NCBI GenBank assembly: GCA_013265495.1
Contig: MU057560.1
Location: forward strand, 1,252,753-1,316,752
Direction of reading: 5' to 3'
DNA from: Vicugna vicugna
Lineage: Eukaryota
DNA length: 64,000 bases
Shown here: in pieces, positions 24,800-37,679 of the stretch
How the letters are laid out: each line of letters opens with the position of its first letter
Numbering within the stretch: the first letter of the stretch is position 1
Notes under the pieces: generated by a model
Database searches by the model: none
Seen by the model: the letters and a program-made list of their open reading frames with translations, nothing else
Told to the model about the DNA's origin: nothing
Position numbers and translations under genes: made by a program

Positions 24800-27170
24800 T
24801 ATCTGCAGTAAACTTAAGACATTTTAAAGACTCTCTTTCTTATAAAACGAAAACACACTCTACATAATTTTGAAGCTGTAATTTACTTTTTCAGCCCGCC
24901 GTGGCCTGTGGCTACTCTCCATGCCAGCTGTAAACGTCTATTGCGCTCCTTCATGGCTGCCCGGGGTTGCACCTCTGTTTATCCCCCACGCAGCTCCAAC
25001 TGCAGAGCGTTTGACAGGTCTTGTCTGAGTTCTGCGATTCATGCCATTAATATTCCCCTAATTTTTCTACATATTCTTATGTGTTTCACTTTCACTGATC
25101 TTTGATATAAAATAGATATAGAACAGATGTATGGACGAATATGCACTTTTTAAAATAATGGATTAGGATTCAAACTGCAGTGAATCAGCCCCTCTTTGCC
25201 GGGTCCGTGAAGAGGCTCACAGAGGTTGGTGGCTCTCCTGGGACAGGGATACGCCTCCCAGAGCTGCGTTGTCATAGTCTTGTTGTCTCCTGGGTTTACA
25301 GCCCCATCCCAAGAGCGCTTCTTTAATAATCCTTTCCCTTTTAAGGGAATCTGAAAGCACTGGGTTTTCTTTGGCCTTGAACCCTGTGAGCAGCAGCAAG
25401 GTCACGTGCTCAGGATTCCCTGAGTTCCCATGTGCCCCACAGCACCTGGGCCACTTCCATTCTTCCAAACTGTGGTGTTCCCAAAATACCTTTGGCCTTT
25501 CTTCGTGTCAGTGTATCCATATTTCTCTTCTTGGTTTAGAAATTGTCCGTATATTTTAGAGATATGATAAGTTGTTTTTCACATCTGGCACTTGTTTTCC
25601 AGCCCATTTGCCTTTTAACATTTTTAAGGTACGTTTTTCTCTCTGAAGTTCATAATTTTACATGCACAGAAGTATCAATCTTTTCCTTCAGAGTCTCTGT
25701 TTTGGAGTTATGTTTAGAAATTCCTTCCCCGAGATTAAATAAATCTCCACCTACATTGCAAACCTTAATTTTATGGTTTCATATTTTAAACGCTTAGATC
25801 TTTCACCCGTCTATGAGTCATTTTAGGAAATGGTGTGAGATCAGAATCTATGTTATTTTCTCACAGATTGAAATTTTCCTGTTGATTTGAGAGAATGGCT
25901 TTGCCATGTGTGAAGTTTCTTTGTACAGGCGGACGGCTTTGTGGCCTTCTAGCCCGCTGTTTTCATCTGCCTGCCTTGCTGTATCATTAAGGACTGGCGA
26001 TGGCTAAGTGAGGTAAAACAGCCACACACTGGAGTATCATTTTGCAATACAGAGTGAAGTGCGGATGCATTGCTGCAACACAAGAAAGCTTGGGAACATT
26101 ATGCTGAATGAAAGAGCCCGTCACAACAGACCCATATTATGTGAAATGTCCAGTATATGCAAATGTACAGAATCAGCATATAACACGAATGGTTGTTTCC
26201 AACTTGAAGAGTGTCAAGGAATTAGGGAATGACTGCTATTGGTATAAGGTTGTTTTGGGTTTTTTGGCTTTTTTTTTTTGAGTGATGAAATTTTCTAAAA
26301 ATAGATAGTGGTGATGGCTGCACAGCCCTGTGAATATACTAAAGAATGTTGAATTGTATAACGTAAGAGGGTGAATCATATCATTTTGAAAGTATATCCA
26401 GGAAAGTCATTTTTTAAAAAAGAAAAGTTTGCTGATTTTATGAATAGATTCCACCTCCTTGTTGACCTACTGTGTGAGTCGCAGTGGCTCTGTGTTGAAT
26501 TAGGCTTGTATTCCTGGAGTGACCTTACCTGGGCACGATGTTTTTATCTTTTGAACACTTGCTGAATGTTTTTACGACTTTGCATTCATATTGTTAAGTT
26601 AGATTGTTGTACTATTTGTCACATTTTTATTATGGTTCGTAAAATAAATCTAGAAGGAGTCCAACTTTTTCAAACCTCTTGTTTATTTTGAAATAGAATG
26701 TGAATTATGTGTTGTATATAGTTTTGTTGGAATTAATCAATAATTCTATATGCACACATAAATCTTTGAGATGTTTCTTTACAAACTTTAAAAATGATTT
26801 CTGTGCTTATTGTCACATTTAATACTTAACATGTTTCTTGTGTCAAGTCCCACTAAATTAAGTTTATTTTAGGAAATGAATATTTAAAGTTTGCTAGCAT
26901 TGATCTCTGCGCACCATGCTCTGTGAGTGACTTGCTGTGTCCGTAGTTCAGGACACTTTCCTTTAATCAATTTCAGGATGGTGTGTTGGTATTTCTTTTA
27001 TTTTTTTGTAGAAGCTTCATTTATTTAACTAAAACTCAAACATTATTTTGGCATTGCCATTTCTGCTAGTTTTCTGCCTTATGACTTATTTATATTTCCT
27101 TATCTCTTTTTAAAAATTGTTATTATACTTTGTATTTGTTTAATAGTTGAATTAAATTTTGATTTACATT
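24800..27170 (-). mobile_element. Fragmented ancient L1ME-like element(s), interrupted by a younger L1MB
   Basis: T-rich antisense L1 signature, e.g. gatctttcacccgtctatgagtcattttaggaaatggtgtgagatcagaatcta. Boundaries are approximate. Confidence 0.5.
26022..26427 (+). mobile_element. L1MB-type LINE-1 3' end
   Basis: aacattatgctgaatgaaagagcccgtcacaa...gtgatgaaattttctaaaaatagatagtggtgatggctgcacagccctgtgaatatactaaa, the diagnostic L1MB terminus. Confidence 0.85.
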
Positions 27171-27179
27171 GATGGTGGG

Positions 27180-27600
27180 TGTTTTGGTTTTTAATTTTTT
27201 AGAGACATACTTTATATATGGTAGAGATGAGCCCTTTTTAAATGCAGCTTGAGAAGTCAGAAGCGTATTCCTGCCGGTGCACCACCGCACTTAACACAGC
27301 AGAACACTTCCATCACACGCTGTTGTCCTCCTCTGTCCACCTCCCAGGCAGCCTCACCACCACCTCTGGGGACCAGCTGCATTTCTCCCTGTGACTAGCA
27401 AGTAGATTTCTACTTTGCAGATTTTTGTGGAAATTGAATTGTATGGTAAGCACCCCCTCACAGCAGGCTGCTTCTGGTGTTGGGGCCACTTCGCTCACTG
27501 CTCTTCCCTGCAGGGCCACAGGCCTGTATCGCCCGTGTCTTGGCCTGAAAATAGTTGTGTGTTCAGTCTTCTCAGTTTTCTAGTTCTGTGCTGGAGAAAC
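27180..27600 (-). mobile_element. L1MB/ME 3' end fragment
   Basis: T-rich tail followed by cagaacacttccatcac...ggaaattgaattgtatggtaagcac, an antisense L1M 3' UTR. Confidence 0.55.
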
Positions 27601-29459
27601 GACAATTCTGAAAACTCTTAACCTCTTCTAATCACAATCAGAAGTCCTTTTTTTCTTTTGTTTTATTTTTTTTTTTAGCGAGAAAGTTTGTATTTTTCTG
27701 TAACAATTTGTAATTAATTGGTATTATTATCATGATAATGATTATTATTACATGTACTACATGGATACAAAGTTACATATGTAACGATTATTTCTAACAA
27801 AAGGGAATGACATTTACATTGTGAAACATTAGCAATCTGTTTTATACCATTATCACGTATTTAATCTGTTTTGTTATTTGCATATAGAAATACTTTACAA
27901 GTAGATTAATTAGTTAAATGCAGTGATAAATTAGATAATATGTGATGTGGAATTTGGCTTCCTCTTCCAGGCTAATGCTCCAGTCTACTCCCCGTAGTGG
28001 CATTGGTGCCCCAGGACCGTCAAAGCAGAAAGCAGAAACTTACTAGTTAGAGTGAGCACTCAGGCCCAGCTCTTACACTGGAAGAGTCGCACTTGTGTCC
28101 ATCCTATGACAAGTGCACCCAAGCCCACAGCTTCAGGGCCTCCATTCACCTGTCACTGCTCCGTGGGAGGCAATCTAGTTGTCATAATAAGCTCTAATGA
28201 GCATCCATTTCTAAGACCATATTCCAAGGAAATAGTTGGACAAATTACACAAAGTTACATATACAAATATGCCTAAGTCATCAGTGCTTACAATTCCAAT
28301 AAAATGAAAGTAGGCTAAACTTCCACATGTAGACATGTGAGTTAAGAACGTAGTGGGCTGTGTCTCTCTGGCAATAAGGCTACAATGGAAACTCAGACCA
28401 TCAATCTATACTTCAGACGAGTATCTGTCCATCCCACCCAACATGAAAGGATAGTCAGATTGGAAAAGAGTATTCATCTTATTCTCTGTGAAACAAGTGA
28501 ACAAATGGAAGATATGCAGGCTTCCCATCACTGCGTGAGCAGCAGTCTCACCTCCTGTGGGGGGTGCGTCTTACTTGCTTTACTGCTTCTCCACTTTCCT
28601 TGATTTTTTAGTGATAGTTTGCAACCTTCAAATTAAAAAAATCATTTCACTTAAATTTGGGGGAAAAATATGACCCAAAATATACTATTCCTTGCCCATG
28701 GGACCAAAAGAATCTAATCATGATTATCCAGGGATCACTTTTCTGTCAATATTTCAAGGTTATTATACATTGTTTTAATATAATCTTTTCCTGTTACACA
28801 CTTTTTACAGCAACGCAGCTTTTGCTTCATAAGGACACCTGCTAAAGCCATTTTGGACACAACGCATTGTCAGTTAATACTGCTTAAAAATAAACTCACA
28901 GTTGCTATCAGGGGGAAACTTGCATTTTTAATTCATTTTAATATCCAAAATAACCTATTTCACAATAGATGCCAAAGATTAAAGATTTTTCACAATTTTG
29001 GTTTTTGTATGCTCCTGAAATGATAACTAAAATCTGTAGACATAATGTGTCTATGATTTCAGATAGTGTACTGCAGCGTGTGACTCTTGAAATGTATTTC
29101 AAGCCAACCGTCTTCATTTTAAGAACTACGAAATGAAAAGAACCCCTGAAGACTGAGTAGTCCGTCTGAGTCACATCCTGCACGTGTCTAGGATGGAGCA
29201 CCCATCCGTGAGGTTGTGCTCAAGCTCGGACAGCCCCCTCTTTGCACGGCACAATCCTTGATCTTAACCTTGAAGGTAAGTTCATATAGAGGAGTTACAC
29301 AAAGTAAGTTAATTAAGCATATGAATATAATATTTCAATGTTAAAATTAGAAAGGAGAGGGAAGGTTTTCAGAAGGGCTCATCCTAAGACGAGTCCTCTG
29401 ACTTGCTGCTGCCATGAGGCGTATGAACTGCCTGGGCAGCAGCCACGGCTTCTAATTCA

Positions 29460-30575
29460 GTGGGAACTTACGCTGCCCCTGGTGAGATCTGTCTCCCTTG
29501 AGAACCAGAACCTGTAACCCTGCAAAGACCAGAGTCCCAGGAAAAGAAATCCCAGGTTATCTGAAGTAGGTCCCTGGAAGTGACTTTAAGCAGAGCCATT
29601 CTTATCTCTGCCCATTGTTTCCCAGACCTGGGGACCCAGCCCCACACAGGGGTCATGGTTTTAGGTGGCATGCCTCAAGATGGCACACAGGAAGTCTAAG
29701 CTGGTGCCCACTTCCCAGCAGCACTGTGATGCCCCACAGTGCCAGAGGGGTGACTTCCACCATCATGGGTGTCAACTCAGGGACGTAGTCTCCACCTTGC
29801 CTTTGAGGGGCTGGCGACAAGCTGCAGTGTGGAGGGGCTGAAACTGCCAGGTGCCTGCCACCTTGCTGGTCTTCTCCTGGCTGGCTCTGCCTTTCCCAGC
29901 TGTGGGTACTGGGCTGGATCTTGATGGGGACAGTTTGCCTGGCCAAGCGATGTCTCTGCCACCTCTTCAAGAAAAGGAGAGAGCTAGCCTGGAGCGGAAG
30001 GGGTAGGGCTCTTCTGGGAGCCAGCGGGGCCAGGGGACTCTGGGGCACACTTTTCGGGTGTGTCAGTGCACGTGTCCCCACCTCACTGCCCGGGACCTGC
30101 GTTTTCCCAATCTGACCCGGGCAACCTGACTGAGTGGGAAGTCCCATCGGTTCTGGAGCATGCAGAGGACAAGTTCTTTGACAGGTAGGTGCCATGCTGT
30201 GGCATCGTGTCTCTGAAGCAGGACTCTGACTTTTACACCCAGCCTTCAATGGCTGATTACATGTTTTCACTTTTCATTATGTTTTTCCAAATAATAATTT
30301 TCCTCAACACTCAGTTAACTCCATCGTCCTTATCATCACTCTCTGTCCCATGTTTCTCAAATGTCTGGTATGTTTAGTCCTTTAATCCATTTCCTTCAAC
30401 TGGTTTCTCAACCCATTTCATGCTCATGAAAGTTCTAGCGATTGTACTTCAACGTGTGCATGGGTCTATGTGTGTCCCGTATATCGTGGGTTCTTCATTA
30501 TTAACCGTCCAGCAGGCAGCTCTACCCTAGGATCCAATTTCAGTGTCTGCTTTCTTGGGCCACTTTTGGGGTAAC
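29460..30575 (-). mobile_element. ERV-L internal remnant (pol/integrase C-terminal fragment plus leader/gag-side sequence)
   Basis: Minus ORF 29468-29671 contains RSGKQWAEIRMALLKVTSRDLL, which aligns by eye to ERV-L pol GSGNQGVEMGVAPLTITPSDPL. A PBS-like gttaccccaaaagtgg lies on the minus strand next to the LTR end at 30576. Confidence 0.65.
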
Positions 30576-31430
30576 TGTTGAAGGATGGTGTACTGGCTTC
30601 TTGTGGCTGCTGCAACAAAGTGCACTAAACTGGGAGGCTTAAATTAGCAAAAATGTATTCTTTCACAGTTCTGTAGTCTATGAGTCCAAAATCAAGGTGC
30701 CTTCAGGGTCATGCTCCCTCTGAGAATCTGGCAAGAACCTTCTCTTGCCTCTTTCTGCCTGCTGGGGGCAGCTGCTGGCCCTTGGAATTCCCTGACCTAC
30801 AGCTGCTTCACCCCAAACTCTGCCTCTGTCATCACATGATACCTTCTTCTGTGTTTCCATCTTCACATGATGTCCCACCCCCTCCCCCGATAAGGGCACC
30901 TGTCATATTGCACTAGGGCTCAACATAATGACCTCATCTTAACTGAATGGCATCTGCCAAGACCCTATTTCCAAGCAAGGTCACAATTAGAGGTACCTGG
31001 AGTTAGGAAATCAACCTATCTTTTGGGTAGACGCAACATTACTCATACAGATGGGTCCTCTGGTAGGTGGGCTCTAAGACAAGACTTTTTTCCGAGAGGG
31101 TCTTTGGGATTAGCACAAGCCCAAGGAGGGGGAGAATTCGGGGTTGCAGAGGAAGAATTTAGGTGGTGGTAGAGTCACAATATAAAGTTCAGCCAACCTG
31201 ACAGGAAGCTTGAAATCTGGGATAAGCCCACAGAATTGTTCCAAATGAGAAAAAGGACTGGACAATTGCATCACCACATGGCTAGTCTGGGTTCAGGCCA
31301 CCCCCAAAAGTGGGTTCAACCCCTGGAGAGGAGGACCGCTGTAGCGGAGGGCTGTCAGCAGGCAGCATCCCCCGTCCTCAGTCCTGAAGTGCTCAGGTGG
31401 GGAGAGGGGGTGTCGGGCTTCAGTGTCACC
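30576..31430 (-). mobile_element. LTR16-like ERV-L LTR, split by the MLT1 insertion
   Basis: Joining 30576-30588 to 31055 onward gives tgttgaaggatgggtcctctggtaggtgggctctaagac...tctttgggattagcac...cagccaacctgacaggaagct...cagaattgttcc, matching LTR16A/C motifs. Confidence 0.65.
30589..31049 (-). mobile_element. MaLR solo LTR, MLT1C/MLT1B-like, full length (461 bp)
   Basis: TG...CA termini with a perfect 5-bp TSD GATGG (30584-30588 and 31050-31054). Diagnostic motifs ggctgctgcaacaaag, tcacagttctg, tccaaaatcaaggtg, gacctcatcttaact and aagaccctatttcca. Confidence 0.92.
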
Positions 31431-34400
31431 TGCAGGTATCCACCTCCTTCATGTTTATCTCCCTTCTGAGCAGCTGTGTCCTCTAAGGACGCAGATACAC
31501 TACAGACAAGTTCAAGTAGTGATGACCAGGACGTGCTCCGAAGCCATAAAAGTGCATATTTCTATTCCATGAGTCACTGCCAGGTTTCAACAGACAGATG
31601 AAGAATGACGATGACTCACAAAGTGAACTAAAGATTTAGGCTGTTCGATGCAGTTCAGGTGCCGAAATCCTCAAGAAACAGGTGGCTGGCTTTTGAGGGA
31701 CGCTCTGACGCCAGGGCTCGTGAAAGGCTCACACCAACGCGGAGCTCCGTCTCGTCTGAACGCCTTGGTACACGTGTTATGGCTCCTAATTAGCCTTAGC
31801 CTGAAATGTAAGTAAGGCTGGTATTATGTCCATTTTACATATTAAAGACATACCTGAGAGTCAAAGAGAGTCTTGCTTACGGCACGTCTGTGCCGTCAGT
31901 TTCTCATGCAATCCTCGTACGAATAAAACACATCAGGAGAGAGCTGTTGTCTCCTGAGACAAGCGCACCACCCACACTGACCCTTGACGAGCTTGTGCTG
32001 TTTAATATCAAGAACTGGACTGAGATTAAGGATGCGTCCTTTGTCCTCAGTTCTTCCTTTAATAGACAGTGAGGCCAGAGATTGTGCCTCTAAAATATCA
32101 CCCATAAAAATAATGTAAGGCACTGAGACCCAACTTCTGGAAAGACCACATCCCGTCCACCCCGCAGCACCCTGACAAACGGCTCGAGGCGGTGAGAGGC
32201 GCACCGTCTCCTAGGCAGGCTGCCCCAGTGCTCGGACGGCCACACATTCAGTGCCCATGTGTTCAGAGCATCACAGACACAGCCAGCCTTTGCCACAAAT
32301 CTGAAAAAAAAAGTTGTATAAACGCCACCATTTATGAGCTCCCAAACTGAGGTGAGCATAGAGAAAAATCAGAAAAAAAGAAGAAAGAGAAAATGTTGCA
32401 ACAACGCATCATTATAAGGAAAAGCAAAGCATGCACTTTATCCCAATTGTCTCCAAAATTATGCAGCTGAAGAAAAGGAGCTTGTCAAACCCTTTCTAAT
32501 TAAATTCATACATTTGTTCCTCTTCAAAAATGGCCACACACCCCATCTGCCAGTGCAGAATGCCTGAGTTTTGCAGCCAAGATTCTCATGCTAAGCTGTT
32601 CTGCTGAGTTGAGGGGCCGGGGGTCCCTGGACCCTTAAAGCAGTTCCCTGAAAAGTGTTAAAAGAATTTCTGCATGCGCTTGAGTTATTTATCTACACTT
32701 TTATGATAAGAAGGTGGAATCTTGCAGGAAAGGTAAATCCTCCGAGGGCTCAAGTTGCAGGCACCGCAGTGACAGGCTGACGGGCGGTTTTAGTGGCGCA
32801 ATAATTTGGTTGAAATGCAGTGATTCTCTTTAACAGCTCATATTAAATCAGAGGCATCGTTAACTAGAGCCACCCAGAACGTCCCAGACACTCCCTGTGC
32901 ACTTTCCCTGGCGCGCGTGTCTCATCCACACTCGGACGCCTGTGATCTGCGCAGCCGCACAAGCCCGCGAGGACCGCTTCCACGTCCTCAGGGAAGGGCA
33001 GCTCGTCTTCTGTAACTCCTGCTTCACCATGACCCGCTCTAGCCGCCCCGGGAAGCCTCCCGCAGGCTCGTTTCCAGCTTCGGCCCAAGCGAGGCCTCCT
33101 GTGCGAGTCCTGCGGCGCCCCGTCCGCAGGGGCCACGTCCTTCCCCTCCCAGGTCACGCTCGCCACTCCGGAGCCCAGTCGGTCTGTGGTGCAGCAGAGA
33201 TCTTTACTCTATCAAGCCGGTCCCTTTGCAGGAGCTGAAGTCCCTTCCTCCTCTGGATTCCTGGTACTTATGGCCGTCGCCAGCCTTGCTTCCCTTAGCG
33301 ATGCACCTTTTATGTGGTTTCATTATTTGTTTCCATATACAATTTGTATTGAAGTGTGATTTTTTTAATAAGCATATAACTGTATAATATCCTATTGGGT
33401 GAACTTCAACCATTTACAGTTATTGTTATTATTATTATTAATAAAGTCCATAGCGAGTGCTCAAAATTCTGACTGGCAGATTATTCTGTCCTTAGAAGAT
33501 GACACTGGACAGTGCCAGGCAGTTCTCTCTGTGGGTTATGTGTCATCCTCTTCCATCCCACATACTCAAAGCCACACATCTCCTGGTGTGTCCAAGCGGC
33601 ACAGACACCTGAGTGAATCACACGGTCCTCCCACCTCTCTTAAAAGCGAACTGTCACATATGTATTTAGAAAACAAGTTTCTTCCCTTGCATAACCCCTT
33701 GCAATTTTATTTGATAATTTTTGGAAGAGGTGACGACGGCCTCGGGTTTACAGCAGACAGGTGACGGATAACCACGTGTCGGTCACCAAGTCTGCGTCTG
33801 AAGAGCAAGAGGCGGCTCCGGAGGAGGGTCTGGCCCCCCACGTCCACATCCCATCTGGCCTCTGCGCAGACCATGCAAGGAGGCGTTTCTGGGCCCTTTC
33901 GCTCATTATTTGACTCCAGCCTTGTTAGTAACTCAGTGTCGAAGCCAGGTCTTCCTTCCTGCGACTTCTCTGAAGCCATCTCTCCAGGTTGCCCCTGCTT
34001 CCCCCTCTTCTGTCACCAGTGTCCTTCCGGGGGTGGCCCTCAGCCCCGCCCACACCTCACACCCGGGGACGGTGGGCACAGGTCTGACTTGGGAGGACAG
34101 GCTGTCCTCACGAACAGGCTCCGAGCTGCTTCCTCGAGGCTCCACATTCTCTTTCCCTTCAAGCAGCCCTTCAGAGCGCATTCTTTCCAATGCGGGTGAA
34201 AAATATAACTTCAGGCCTAAGTGGAAACCTTTCTTTTGCAGGCTTCGTGGACCCTCCACGTGCTGCAGGTTGGTTCGTGAGCATTCACGCCGTCGCTCAG
34301 TGGCTCAGGATTATAATCACACTTCCTGCAAGAAGGCGCTCTCGAGGCACGGTGTCCCCCTTGGACGCCAGACACTCCATCAGCTCGGGGAATTCCAGGG

Positions 34401-35067
34401 GACCTTGCTCTCTCCTCTCCGTTCAGTCCGCTGCGTGGCAGGACCCACAAAGTTCATAAGTGATACACACAGAAGGAGAGACTCCTGGGGGCCACGTTGT
34501 CCTAACTCAGGTGGAAAATGTTTTCTTCCCAGCACCCGTCGTCCGGCGGGGCCAGCCTGGTCTTGGGAGCCAAGAATGAGAAGTGAGCTATTTATTTAAA
34601 CTATTCAAAGGAACAGAGGAATAAAGGTTTGTGGTATCTGAGTGCATGTTTTATTTTTCAAAAGGGGGGATGTGTAAAAACAGCAACACATTTTACTCTG
34701 AGGGGAAATAGAGCCAAACATTTCAAGGCCACCTGTCGTACAAAACTCACTGCTAATCACACAGCCATCAGGGTGGCTTAGGACGGAATTTGCTAGAAAG
34801 ACCTGAATGTTTGGGCCAAAATCCTTTCCAGGCAAAAGAAAGCCTTTAGTTTTAGATGGTGAAATTATTGTACTTATGTCAGTACCTAAGCAAACATCCT
34901 CTTGAAATTACACTTTCTGTTACAAATACGAAGAAATAATTACTACGAAATAATTCTTGGTAAGGTTTCTGGTTGTTCATTTGGAGGAGGGCGTTAGAGA
35001 GAGAAACAAACACGTTTTGAAGGCCTGTCATAGTCCAGGGGATCTGCTGTGTGTATTTCAGCAAATA

Positions 35068-35372
35068 CGTTTATCATGTAACATTGCGTAAGTTTAAGGT
35101 CTATGTAATATGACCGATGTAACAATGTTTACCACATTACGTAATTATGGAGCAATATTACTGTCTATATTCAGACATAGATTCTCTGTGCATTTGATCT
35201 CTATGGCTTATTTACTGCTCATTGCAAGTTTGTGCTTTTGCAAGGACCTCCTCCTTCCTCACGGCTGGATCACATTCCATTGTATAGTATGTACCACATC
35301 TTTTCTATCCATTCATCCATGAATGGGCTTTTGGGCTGTTTTGGTATCTTGGCTGCTGTAAATAATGCTGGG
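35068..35372 (-). mobile_element. LINE-1 3' end / ORF2 tail fragment with internal deletions
   Basis: attccattgtatagtatgtaccacatcttttctatccattcatcc...tatcttggctgctgtaaataatgctg is the antisense L1 ORF2 end. Confidence 0.85.
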
Positions 35373-35788
35373 TATCTGTGTGCATTTACTATTGCAATCT
35401 TCACAGCGACCCCAATGTTTCAAAGTATTATTCTCATTTGGAGGAGAATCTAAAGCTGAGAAAGTTAGTGACTCACCGTGTTCACGCAGGTGAATGGACA
35501 CAGCAGGATTCAACCTCGGGTCTGTCTGATGTAACATTAGCTCTCAAATCACACGTCATTCCATAAGAAACACGTACGTCATTTGTTTAAGCAGCAACTC
35601 CTTCTTTTCTAAAAATTCAACTTGTTGCTTTGTAGATTTTCAATTATTTTTCTATTATCACCAAGGCCTTTTTTTTTTATAGTATGCCGTCCATAAAGCA
35701 ATAACCACCTCTTCTGCTTCAAACTAGTTAGCTTGTTTAATTTATCCAGCTTAGCTGCCACTCAGTCCTTTGTCCCAAATTGCTGAAA

Positions 35789-36150
35789 TGTGTTATGGAG
35801 CTAATTTCGATTCTGCTGCATCAACAAACAGCCCCTGTCCTCAAGTTGCGATGGCTTAGCACAGAAATTTACTTCTCCTCCACATGCACGTCTCATTTGA
35901 TTTGGCAGGGGTTCTGCCCTCCCCCCCCCCACGCAGCCTCCCGGGAACCCAGGCTGAGGGAGAAACTGCTCACTAGCTTGCAGCTGTGTGTGGGACTCTG
36001 GCTCCCTTCTTGCTGTTGTGGGCAAAGGGAATGTGAGCCTTAGCCAGTAAAGCTGCAGCCTTAACCACACACATCGTTTCCACTCACAGCCCAGTGGCCG
36101 GGACTCGGCAAGGGCTCCACCTACCGGCAAGAGGGCAGCACAGTGTCGCC
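35789..36150. mobile_element. ERV-L LTR33/LTR41-like fragment
   Basis: tgctgcatcaacaaacagcccc...atggcttagcacagaaatttacttctc...ggaacccaggctga...ttccactcacagcccagtggcc. Confidence 0.55.
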
Positions 36151-37679
36151 CTTGCACCTGCCTGGGGAGAGGAGCGGATGGACGTGTGGGAGCACCAGGG
36201 GTCTCCCCCAGTGCCTCTGATCAGCCTTCCATCGCAGGCCCGCTTCCGCATCCTTCCATCTCCATGATCACCGGTCCTTAGGGCGGAATCCGCGCGGGCG
36301 GCGTCAGCAGGCCTGTTCTGTCTGACGCCCTGATGCTCCGTGAGGCACCCGTCCTGGACACAGCTCACTCTCAGACCACAGGAAACCGTATCATCCCTGC
36401 TTCCTAAAGACGGCATTTTTTCACCCGTATACCTGACATGTTGCAAAGGAATCCAGCTCTTTTAAGTTACAACTTTTAATACTGGGATGAGCGTGGAGAA
36501 ACTCAAGGACAAGAGGGAACAGCAGTTTTCCAGGCTGTGTGTAGTGACGCCGTCCACTGGAGGGGAGGTCACCAGGCTCCATGAGGGACGTCATTTTGCT
36601 AACCCCTGCAAAGTCCTTGCAGGGTAGGCAGGGTCATTCCCTGTCTGTAAGTGAGGAAACCCAGGCCCAGGGAGGCTGGTCATGTGTCTGGTCAGTAAGG
36701 GGAGTCAGGATTAGGGTCCAGTTCCCCCGATTCCAAAATGCACGACCCTAGCATTGCGTCATGGGGCCTGTCTGTCCAGGGAAGAGGCAGGAATCCCACT
36801 CACAATAATTGGAGTCCTTTTATTAGCAAATGGAGTAGAGACAGGGCCAACACAGCGGCCATTCATCTCGCCTTTGCGAAGACGGCGTCTGGATGTCAGA
36901 ATGGTCTAAGCACAGTGACACTTAGTGGCAGGGAGCGCCACTGAGCCGGCGCACAGTTCTCTGGAGCTCACCTGTCCTCAGAGGCCTTGGCTGCGGTGGG
37001 AAGACCTCCTCAGACCTGGGCTGGCGTCAGCGGTTGCCTCAGCACGTGGTCGGGATGTAAACGTCTGACGGCATTTCTTCATCTTAAAAATCTACCTTCT
37101 AGGCTAACGCAAAATTTAAAAGATAGATCCCTCGTGATCTGTTCCAAATTAAAGGATGGGATAAAGGGGCAGGAAACAGGTACAAAGTCCGACCCGAGCC
37201 CGCTGTGTGTGAGCGCAAGGTGGTTTGGGCCCCGCCTGGCGAAGCCGCCAGTGTGGTCAGCATGCTGCCTTTTAGGCTGGTTGTGACAGAAGGTGCAGCC
37301 ATGCAGGGTCCCTGAAGAGGCGGGGTGCCCCCCACCCCCCGACACACGCACCCCGGGCAGAGGTGTCACAGACACAGAGCGACTCTCCGCTGCAGGCAGG
37401 GCTCGGGGCTGGTGCCTAGTTTCCTCAGGAGATGTGAGCAAATTCTAAAGCAATGTTCAAAAATACGAAAAGGTCCTTTCTAGTCTATAAGACAAAACAC
37501 ATGCTTCCTTCTGTCTGTCTGTCTGACTCACATTACGTCCCACGTCTGTGTGTTTCTCTTCTTTTCTGATTGGCTCATCCTCTGAAAAGCAATTCTGTGT
37601 CACGACAACGTTATAAAAGTAGACAAGTTTAGTCTGTTATGATGTGCCATGGAGATTAAGAGAGTGTACATTTGTGTCA

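Noticed and set aside
33910..34599. 229-aa ORF
   Set aside because: It has a non-ATG start, low-information composition, and no domain or splice support.
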